A DNA stretch of 10,598 nt from a bacterium. Its GTDB lineage: Bacteria; Electryoneota; Electryoneia; Electryoneales; Electryoneaceae. A model generated the notes under the pieces. That model was not told the origin of the DNA. It did no database searches and saw nothing but the letters and a program-made list of their open reading frames with translations. Both the position numbers and the translations under genes were made by a program. Where the stretch lies: contig JAZDLX010000177.1 of NCBI GenBank assembly GCA_043801585.1, forward strand, positions 1-10,598, given 5' to 3'. The stretch's first letter is position 1. Each line of letters opens with the position of its first letter. Below are positions 1 through 6,423 of this stretch, piece after piece.

Positions 1-1182
1 GGACTGATTGCTCAATGAAAGGCTAATCCGCGGACTAAGTTCAGGATTAAAATCGGAGGGAGCATCGTATCGAAGTGCCAATGCTGCATCCCATGAAGAT
101 ATGAGACCGCCAAGCTGATCTCCGTAAGAAACCGTGGTGAATCCACTATTGGTCACCCGCTTCCGTTCACCGACATCGGTGCTGTTGATCCGGTCGTTGC
201 GGAATGAATACCCGTAACTTAAACGCATCTGGTCAGTCAGATTGCCAGACATTTTCAGGTCCGTTCCCGTCGCGTAATTCTTGTGGTCGCTGTGCACCTT
301 CGCCAGGCTGTAGTCATCATCGAAGCGGGTGCGGTAATTCAGAAAATAGCCGCCTGCATCAAGGTTAAATCCTTGGAAAAGTACAGTTTTTCGGTAGTTG
401 AGATTCAGTGTCTGGTTGTCAAGCAACAGTCTTGCCAACGGATTGATGTTGTCGATCATGCCCGGCGAACCACCGTTGGATGAGTACCAGGAATAGGAAC
501 TCTGCAGCGACTGTCCTGATGGCAGTTCTGAGCTGATCTTTGCGAAAACCGAGCTGGAATTCTGTGCATTGTTCACCATCTCGACTCGCCGGTCGTAGCG
601 ATCTGTGTACTCATAATTGCCTCCCCACAGATCTTTTCTGAATGAGATCATCGAGTTGATCTTGCCTTTTGTCAACGAATAATTCAGACTGTAGATCTGA
701 AGGTTGTACGAGCCATAGGTGGCTCTGGCCGAAGCTGACTGCTGAACCTTTACCGACTCGGATTCATTCTCTTTCGACGTGATGACAATGACTCCGCCGA
801 CTGCATCCGATCCGTATTCCGCGGAGCGTCCACCTCGCAGCAACTCGATGGATTTGATGTTTTCGATGGAGATGTTGCTGACGTTGACGCCGATACTGCC
901 CGGTGTATTGAGCTTCTGGCCATCCATGATGACCACGACCTTTGACGAACTCACGTCACGGAGCATTACTTCCCCGGTGCTGCTGATATAGACACCGGAA
1001 ATCAGCGCGAGAGCATCACCAACATTTTCACAATTGTATTTGAGGAAATCCGCTTCCTGAAGGATCACATGTGAGGTCTGTCGCTCTGCGCTGACAGCCG
1101 TCGTGTCCGATTGTGCGAATAGAGAGGATAGCGGCAGGATGATTGCAAGACTGACCGTCAGGGAAAGCATGGCCTTTCGCAT
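1..1182 (-). CDS. TonB-dependent outer-membrane receptor, BtuB/CirA-like (N-terminal 394 codons; runs off the left edge)
   Basis: Absent from the ORF track because it has no stop inside the window. Manually translated from ATG at 1182 (SD AAGGAG just upstream): signal peptide MRKAMLSLTVSLAIILPLSSLFA|Q, TonB-box-like DTTAVSAER (cf. BtuB DTLVVTANR), plug motif KVVVIMDGQKLN...ISIENIKSIELLRGGRSAEYGSDAVGGVIVITSK, then beta-strand-like sequence (TYGSYNLQIYSLNYS), ending in the same frame with ELSPRISLSL at the edge. Confidence 0.93.
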   Translation of the reverse strand, partial: MRKAMLSLTVSLAIILPLSSLFAQSDTTAVSAERQTSHVILQEADFLKYNCENVGDALALISGVYISSTGEVMLRDVSSSKVVVIMDGQKLNTPGSIGVNVSNISIENIKSIELLRGGRSAEYGSDAVGGVIVITSKENESESVKVQQSASARATYGSYNLQIYSLNYSLTKGKINSMISFRKDLWGGNYEYTDRYDRRVEMVNNAQNSSSVFAKISSELPSGQSLQSSYSWYSSNGGSPGMIDNINPLARLLLDNQTLNLNYRKTVLFQGFNLDAGGYFLNYRTRFDDDYSLAKVHSDHKNYATGTDLKMSGNLTDQMRLSYGYSFRNDRINSTDVGERKRVTNSGFTTVSYGDQLGGLISSWDAALALRYDAPSDFNPELSPRISLSLSNQS

Positions 1183-1303
1183 GGGATATCTCCTTTCGTC
1201 CACAACGAAGATCAAAGTGGACCGTCGCCCCCAGGTAACCTGGAAGGATGCTCGATCCGGCGAGCGAAACGGTTCTCGCCTGCCGGGAACTTTCCTGCAT
1301 ATT

Positions 1304-2338
1304 TCAGTTTTTCGCTAACTGCAACGCCTTGTCCGTCAACCGATCGGCGAGAACCGCCAAACCGAGATTATTCACTTCCTCGATCTTGTCCAGCATTGGC
1401 ATCGGAAAGGCTTCGATGCCTTTCATCGCCCCGGCGATGCTGCCCGCGATGGCGCCGATGGTGTCCGCATCGCCACCCATGTTCGCCGCGGCACGCACAA
1501 CTTCCAGCGGGTCGCCGTCGTAATAGGAAATCAGCGCAATCGCCACCGGAGCCGTCTCCGTCATCGCCACACCGGCTCCAATCAAATCGTAGAGATCCGT
1601 CCACACCAACGACTCATCCCTGCCTGATTTCGCGAGATCAATCGCCCATTCCGCACGTCGCCGAATCGATGCCGAAGCCCAGGGATTGCCGTGCCGGGAG
1701 CCTTTGTCGACGCCATACAGAAAGGCATCGATCACCTCTTTGGTGGATGCTCCCGTCATCCCGGCAGCAATCGCGCAGGCGATCGCCGACGCGCCGGAAA
1801 TGGCGACGCTTGTGTTGTGCGTGGGCTTGCAGACTTCGGCGGCGTCACGGACCACGGCGTCCAGATCTCCCGGGTGGATGATGCCGACGGGGGAGATGCG
1901 CATCGCCGCGCCGTTGGTGTCGCCCATCCAGCCGGAGTCCTCGATCGATCCACCGTTGCGAATGAACTCCAGGGCGCGCCGGGTGCTCGGGCCCAGGTAC
2001 TGGGTGTCGAATCCTCCCACCTCTTCCGCCCAGTGGATCAGCGACCATGCGAGCTTTTCGGCATCGGCGACGCCGTCCGCCAGCAGGTATTCGGCGATCA
2101 GAATCGTCTGCTGAGTGTCATCGGTGATTGACCCCGCCGGCATCCCGTTATGGATCAGATGTCCAGGGGGTGCGGGGAGGAAGTCGTTCACGCCATTGGG
2201 ATAGGTTTCTTTCACCTGCTGCGGAGTGAACAGCGATGTCGGCATGCCCATCGCATCACCGAAGGCTACCCCGGCCAGGCATCCGTAGGCTCGGCGGAAA
2301 AGATCTTCGCGATCAAAGCTGGATGTACTCGTGGTCAT
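1304..2338 (-). CDS. ADP-ribosylglycohydrolase family protein (DraG/ARH superfamily, E. coli YegU-like subgroup)
   Basis: 344 aa with family motifs GDAMGMP, metal-binding TDDT, LGPST, TNGAAMRISP, PTH and ANMGGDADTIGAIAG. Motif order resembles E. coli YegU as recalled. Start overlaps the upstream gene's stop (ATGA, 2335-2338). Confidence 0.93.
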   Translation of the reverse strand: MTTSTSSFDREDLFRRAYGCLAGVAFGDAMGMPTSLFTPQQVKETYPNGVNDFLPAPPGHLIHNGMPAGSITDDTQQTILIAEYLLADGVADAEKLAWSLIHWAEEVGGFDTQYLGPSTRRALEFIRNGGSIEDSGWMGDTNGAAMRISPVGIIHPGDLDAVVRDAAEVCKPTHNTSVAISGASAIACAIAAGMTGASTKEVIDAFLYGVDKGSRHGNPWASASIRRRAEWAIDLAKSGRDESLVWTDLYDLIGAGVAMTETAPVAIALISYYDGDPLEVVRAAANMGGDADTIGAIAGSIAGAMKGIEAFPMPMLDKIEEVNNLGLAVLADRLTDKALQLAKN

Positions 2339-3195
2339 GGTTCGATCATCTCCCCGACGACCGTGATCGGTTGTCTCACGGCGTTACGCAGCATCTCAAC
2401 CTTGTCCGGTTCCATCGAAACGATGATGCAGGTCGAGGGACCGCCTGTTTTTTTCAATGGTATTGTGTTGTTTTCCTTGATCTTCGCTTTCAGATTCGCC
2501 GTTCGCGCCATCTCCCCGATTTCATAGCCACTGCCATGACTGCCGACGGGGAGGATATCATGGATGAAATCGAACTGACTCAACGTGCGGACGCAGGCGA
2601 CATCGGCAATCTCGGGGTCATCGAGGCGGACTTCATCCTCGGGCGCGGATTTCGGGAAACCGACACAGACGACAGCGTCACCGGCCCGCGAATTTCCCGG
2701 CCGAAGGTCTTTTTCCTCCGCCAACCCGATGACCACCACGCCCATCCCGGTCTGCACCGTGGGCACGTTGTCCTCCGTGCTGCCGGTGACCACTTTCGAT
2801 CCTGCCAGCCCGGAGTGTTCCACCTCCTCGCGGACTCCTCGAATGATCTCCTCGCCGGTGGGGCTCATTTCGACACTCAGGGTGTCGACGACGAGAAGCG
2901 GGGTTGCCCCGGCGGCAACCATCTCCATCAACGGAACCCGTACGGCGAAACGCCCGAGGAGATAGCCGGGGGCGGGGAAACTGTCGTGCTCTTTCGGTCC
3001 AATCCCTCCGGTGGAATCGGAAGCGATGATGATGTTCAGGCCGTGAAACAGTTCGACGGCCAGGAGATCCCGTATGGTGTGGATTGGGAAGCCGGAAGCA
3101 GGATCCTGCTTATGCTGGTTAAAACGTTTGAAAAAATCGGCGAGCAGATCGGCATTCAACGCCGCTGTATCGCTCTCCGTGGATGGAGCTGTCAC
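2335..3195 (-). CDS. cblS: Alpha-ribazole kinase CblS-like protein (PurM/AIR-synthase-related ATP-binding fold)
   Basis: 286 aa with IRDL, ASDSTGGIGPKEHD, RVPLMEMVAAGA, DTLSVEMSPTGEEIIRG, TGSTEDNVPTVQTGMGVVVIG, PVGSHG and GGPST. These match the recalled Listeria/Geobacillus CblS pattern (RDL..CD.S.G.GEK.HD..RV.L.E....GA..EMEPTG..GSTEEN...QT..G). GTG start overlaps the gntR stop (GTGA, 3192-3195). Confidence 0.82.
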   Translation of the reverse strand: MTAPSTESDTAALNADLLADFFKRFNQHKQDPASGFPIHTIRDLLAVELFHGLNIIIASDSTGGIGPKEHDSFPAPGYLLGRFAVRVPLMEMVAAGATPLLVVDTLSVEMSPTGEEIIRGVREEVEHSGLAGSKVVTGSTEDNVPTVQTGMGVVVIGLAEEKDLRPGNSRAGDAVVCVGFPKSAPEDEVRLDDPEIADVACVRTLSQFDFIHDILPVGSHGSGYEIGEMARTANLKAKIKENNTIPLKKTGGPSTCIIVSMEPDKVEMLRNAVRQPITVVGEMIEP

Positions 3196-3959
3196 GGTTT
3201 CGCTCCGCTGTTGTGTACCAATATTTCAACCACGTTGGCCCGCAGGAAATGGAACCGGCACTGATCGATTGGCAGATAGGTTCTCACCACTTCCATCACC
3301 CTTCCCTCGGTGTCATGGGTGATGCGGTGGAGGTGGAAAAGTGGCGTGCCTTTCTCGACTTGCATCGGTTCCGATTCGTAGTCGGATGCCGGTTGGCATT
3401 CCAGGTACTCTTCCGCCTTCAGAGGAACGAGATCGAATTGTTTGCTCAGTACGGCAAAGAGGGATTCTTTCTCGAGGTCAAAATCGAACAGTGTGGGGCA
3501 AAGAACCTTGGGAATGAATGAAACCTGCAGGCTGAAGGGTTTGTCGTCAAGCAACCGCAACCGGCGCAGGACAAAGATCGGGTCGCGTTGCGCTATTTTC
3601 AGTACCTGCGCTGTGTCCAGGGATGCGGACATCTCTTTTTGTGCGAGGATGCGTGTTGTCAGCTTTCTGCCGCTTTTACTGATTTCGTCATAAAAACTGA
3701 AACTCTCGCCGATCCCAAGGAACATTTTCCTCGGGGATACAAACGTTCCCCGGCCCTGTTCGCGGAACAGAATGCCTTCGGACACCAGGTCAGCGATTGC
3801 CTGCTTGGCAGTGTTCCGGCTGACGCGGTAGTGGGTCGCGAGTTCATTCTCAGAAGGAACGCGTTCATCCGCGGCATATTTGCCTTTTGCGATACGTTCG
3901 CGAATTTGTTCCTTGATCTGATGATAGAGAGGAAGCACGCTGGTTCGGTCCAGACTCAT
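3192..3959 (-). CDS. GntR-family transcriptional regulator, HutC subfamily (wHTH + UTRA effector domain)
   Basis: N-terminal PLYHQIKEQIRERI...VPSENELATHYRVSRNTAKQAIADLVSEGILFREQGRGTFV. C-terminal UTRA pattern LRRLRLLDDKP...SFIP...SLFAVL...GTPLFHLHRITHDTEGRVME. Second ATG (3959) preferred over 3965 for correct spacing from SD AGGAG. Confidence 0.95.
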   Translation of the reverse strand: MSLDRTSVLPLYHQIKEQIRERIAKGKYAADERVPSENELATHYRVSRNTAKQAIADLVSEGILFREQGRGTFVSPRKMFLGIGESFSFYDEISKSGRKLTTRILAQKEMSASLDTAQVLKIAQRDPIFVLRRLRLLDDKPFSLQVSFIPKVLCPTLFDFDLEKESLFAVLSKQFDLVPLKAEEYLECQPASDYESEPMQVEKGTPLFHLHRITHDTEGRVMEVVRTYLPIDQCRFHFLRANVVEILVHNSGAKP

Positions 3960-4003
3960 CGTCATTCTCCTGGTTGATGTTTTCGTCGTGAAAAGTCATT
4001 GCC

Positions 4004-4975
4004 TCATTGATCGTCGATATCTTTCGGCACGATGTTCAATTCGAGTCGCTCCATGCTGCCCGGCGCGTGAATTGCTTCCGCGAAAAGCCTCGCAGCCACG
4101 GGAATCATCGGCCCTGCCTGTTTCGTCTTCGCTGAATCGATGAAACGCACCCTGCCGTTCTTCACGGCGTCGATGCGATCCGCTCCTTCACGGTGGGCGA
4201 TACGGTAGGGAGTGGTGGTGCCGTTGCCCGCCTGTGGACCTTCGTAATGGGGACCCTCTTCGCCTCCGGTTGCCCACCAGGGAATCAGGATCACCTCCGG
4301 GTTTTTCTCCACCACTTCTTCCCAGGTCACGCTCGGAGCGATTCCGGGGCGCTCCGAGAAAATCGGATCAGCCCCGACGATTCTCATCAATTCGGTGATG
4401 TAGGAGTTGGCCCCCGGAACGCACTTGTAGAAGTAGTTGATCTCGTAGTACACCGTCACCCGGGGAACATCTGCGTACTGTGTGGCGATTTCATCGAGCT
4501 GTTTCTTGATCCCATCAACCATTTTTTCCGCTTCAGCCTGATGCCCGATGAACTTTCCCAGTTCAAGGATGCTGTCGTAGCTCTCCTGGAGGCTTTTCTC
4601 GTCGACGTGGATGATCGTGATTCCCTGCCGTTTCAGCCATCCGTGGTAGCGCCGCTGCAACTGTGTGGATGTCAGCGCCAGATCGGGGTGCAGCGATTTC
4701 ACCAGGGCTGTGTCGATGTCAAGGAACCCGCCAACATCCGTCAGACGTCCCTCTTCGACGAGCCGGGGGATGCTGTCGGGGAAAATGCTGTAGCGGCTCA
4801 CCCCAACGAGTTGGTCAAGCCCTCCAAGTTCGACAACCGTATGGGTCCAGTTGGGGGCGAGTGAAACAATCCGGTGTTGGGTGGTTTCCTGTGCATAAAC
4901 GGCTGTCGAGAATGTGACAACGAGAACAAGCGCGATCGAAAGGGTACGTGTCCAGAAGGTGTCTGTGCGTTTCAT
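4004..4975 (-). CDS. Periplasmic substrate-binding protein, class III helical-backbone (BtuF / Fe-siderophore type)
   Basis: Start at ATG 4975 (SD GAGGA upstream) gives a signal peptide ending AVYA|QE with no lipobox. Motifs RIVSLAP, LVGVSRY, VGGF, LHPDL, GANSYITEL, VTWEEVVEKNPEVILI, AVKNGRV and GP are typical of BtuF/YvrC-like proteins. The ligand cannot be determined from sequence. Confidence 0.88.
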   Translation of the reverse strand: MKRTDTFWTRTLSIALVLVVTFSTAVYAQETTQHRIVSLAPNWTHTVVELGGLDQLVGVSRYSIFPDSIPRLVEEGRLTDVGGFLDIDTALVKSLHPDLALTSTQLQRRYHGWLKRQGITIIHVDEKSLQESYDSILELGKFIGHQAEAEKMVDGIKKQLDEIATQYADVPRVTVYYEINYFYKCVPGANSYITELMRIVGADPIFSERPGIAPSVTWEEVVEKNPEVILIPWWATGGEEGPHYEGPQAGNGTTTPYRIAHREGADRIDAVKNGRVRFIDSAKTKQAGPMIPVAARLFAEAIHAPGSMERLELNIVPKDIDDQ

Positions 4976-5052
4976 GACCGTGTTCCTCAGTTCTCGAAGC
5001 GGAGGGGGGGCTCCGAGGGTTAGCGTGAACACTGACGGGGATTGTGGTCAAC

Positions 5053-5082
5053 TTGATGGGACAACCCATCAATCCGACAACC
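5053..5082. promoter_or_regulatory. Candidate operator for the GntR/HutC regulator
   Basis: Perfect 8-bp inverted repeat TTGATGGG-acaa-CCCATCAA (5053-5072), plus minus-strand direct repeat GGTTGTC x2 (5082-5076 and 5066-5060), at or just downstream of the predicted start site. Confidence 0.45.
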
Positions 5083-5084
5083 AA

Positions 5085-5113
5085 AACCTACAGGCCGGAC
5101 GATTCGTTCGCAA
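5085..5113 (-). promoter_or_regulatory. Putative sigma70 promoter of the btuF-like operon
   Basis: Minus strand TTGCGA (5113-5108), 17-nt spacer, TAGGTT (5090-5085). Predicts a start near 5078, about 100 nt before the ATG. Confidence 0.45.
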
Positions 5114-5221
5114 GGGATACTGGAGTCATTTGAACGATTCAAAACGGTGAGTGCCTCGAGGAGGTGCGGGTGGATAGTTTCCTGCGAAAGAGGCATTGTA
5201 ACTAACTAATTAACAAAATAA

Positions 5222-5251
5222 TAAAAACAGGAATGGTAGCGGCCATTTCCC
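5222..5251 (-). terminator. Probable intrinsic terminator after the HDOD gene
   Basis: Minus strand GGAAATGG-ccgcta-CCATTCC (one bulge) followed by TGTTTTTATT, about 60 nt after the HDOD stop. Confidence 0.45.
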
Positions 5252-5310
5252 GTTTGACATGCCGGTCAGATGCTTCTTAAGGGAGTTGATGAACCATGCG
5301 GGTAAGCTCT

Positions 5311-6198
5311 CTACAACCATGAGAGCATCATCTTCGACCCGTTCATCGCCTGACGGATGTACCGTCCGTACCGGCTCCTCATTTCATCCAGGAGGTGGGG
5401 ACCTTCGCGGAAACGGAGATGGTTCGGGAGAGATGACTCAACCTGGTCCAGAGGAATCTCGAGGGGGAATGGATCGGGGGAGATGGTGGACGCCACCTGG
5501 ATCAATGCAGCATAGCTGGAAAGTCTGTTCGTGAGTGACGGCTGATGGTGGTAACGGACTACGTCCACAAGGTCCGGGTGCAGTCCCCACGATTCGAGCA
5601 ACAGGGCTCCAATCGCTGCGTGATCGAAGCCAAACAAATCCCGTTCCTGTTCGAGTGACCATCGGCCCGACTCATGATATGAGCGGATTGCCTTGCGAAC
5701 GAGTTGCGGCCTCAATGAATCGAGCGCAAACCACCCGATGTGGTGCAGCAATCCAGCGAGGTATGGATCGGGACCGGCGATGTGCCTCATCCGTTTGCGC
5801 AGGTGAAGCGCTTTCGCGAGGATTCCCGTTCCGACTGCGTGACGCCAGAGGACGCCGGTGCGGAGATTCAACTCATTCCAGGGAGCGAACGTGCGCAATT
5901 TTGGTTGCCGGGCGCAGAGGGAACGAATCGTCTCCTCGGGAATCAATACGAGGGCGTCTTCGATGGTCATCGGAGCGGGTGTGCCTGACGGGCGCTGGTG
6001 TCCCGCTTCCCTGAGGATCGTTGTGGCGAGTGGGGGATCGAGCAGAATCGCGCGTTTGATCTCGCGCATACTGCACCCGTTCCGCTGAACCATCGCTCGA
6101 TGGTAATCCGCGGCTTCCGGGAGTGTCGGCAATTCGCTGATCTGCTGAAGGTCGCGGCTCAGCTCTTCGACGTCTGCCACCTGAGGTTGAATTTCCAT
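5311..6198 (-). CDS. Stand-alone HDOD-domain signal transduction protein (divergent)
   Basis: ELPTLPEAA, ILLDPPLATTILR, TIEDALVLI, LWRHAVGTG, AGLLHHIG and ERDLFGFDHAAIGALLLESWGL..LVDVVRYHHQP are HDOD hallmarks. ATG 6198 preferred over GTG 6228, which lies at the predicted sigma28 start site. Confidence 0.9.
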   Translation of the reverse strand: MEIQPQVADVEELSRDLQQISELPTLPEAADYHRAMVQRNGCSMREIKRAILLDPPLATTILREAGHQRPSGTPAPMTIEDALVLIPEETIRSLCARQPKLRTFAPWNELNLRTGVLWRHAVGTGILAKALHLRKRMRHIAGPDPYLAGLLHHIGWFALDSLRPQLVRKAIRSYHESGRWSLEQERDLFGFDHAAIGALLLESWGLHPDLVDVVRYHHQPSLTNRLSSYAALIQVASTISPDPFPLEIPLDQVESSLPNHLRFREGPHLLDEMRSRYGRYIRQAMNGSKMMLSWL

Positions 6199-6233
6199 TG
6201 TGCCTTGTGCAAACGGAGTGTTCCCCACTACTA

Positions 6234-6260
6234 CTATCGGCGAATTTGCCGAATTCTCAA
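6234..6260 (-). promoter_or_regulatory. Possible sigma28 (FliA) promoter for the HDOD gene
   Basis: Minus strand GCCGATAG (6241-6234) matches 7/8 of the GCCGATAA -10 consensus. TTGAGAAT, 11 nt upstream, matches only 4/8 of TAAAGTTT. Confidence 0.4.
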
Positions 6261-6357
6261 CTCCAGAAATTTTCCAAAGGTGGAGAGGACAGGTTTCCAG
6301 GCGAGTATGCTCTGATCGGGCATGTGCAGGCGGGACGTCGAGCCAGGCAGTGACGGT

Positions 6358-6385
6358 AAAAGAGCCCGGATGCCATCGGACTCTT
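6358..6385 (-). terminator. Intrinsic terminator downstream of cheV
   Basis: Minus strand AAGAGTCCG-atggcatc-CGGGCTCTT followed by TT (stem includes one G-U pair, short U run), about 40 nt after the cheV stop. Confidence 0.55.
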
Positions 6386-6423
6386 CTTTAAGTGCTTAAT
6401 TATAAATCAAATGAATCTTCTGT

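Noticed and set aside
1..1182. Lower GC of the TBDR gene versus the ARH gene as evidence of horizontal transfer
   Set aside because: Based only on a few hand-counted 60-nt lines (about 38-47% versus about 68%), largely explicable by Asn/Tyr/Ser/Lys-rich barrel composition; no mobility genes or flanking repeats.
1028..1300. 90-aa minus-strand ORF between ARH and the TBDR
   Set aside because: Overlaps the TBDR start out of frame, lacks a clear SD and motifs; the TBDR ATG at 1182 has a strong SD and a signal peptide.
1304..2338. DraG nitrogenase switch or Tri1-like antitoxin role
   Set aside because: No draT, nif or ADP-ribosyltransferase toxin gene in the window; motifs and context resemble metabolic YegU-like ARHs.
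2335..3195. Selenophosphate synthetase (SelD) or ThiL assignment
   Set aside because: No N-terminal Cys/Sec-x-x-Lys SelD motif or in-frame UGA; the GSTEDN and EMSPTG motifs fit CblS better.
2236..3264. 342-aa plus-strand ORF, and similar long ORFs at 4193-4864 (+), 7663-8430 (-), 8310-9005 (-) and 9189-9743 (-)
   Set aside because: Antisense shadows of well-supported genes in GC-rich DNA, with no recognisable motifs.
4976..5032. Longer start of the SBP at 5032, as in the ORF track
   Set aside because: ATG 4975 has an SD and puts the signal peptide at the N-terminus; the extension is Pro-rich and overlaps the leader hairpin.
4976..5310. Cobalamin riboswitch upstream of the btuF-like gene
   Set aside because: Conserved B12-element motifs not found by eye on the minus strand; an Rfam scan is still needed to confirm absence.
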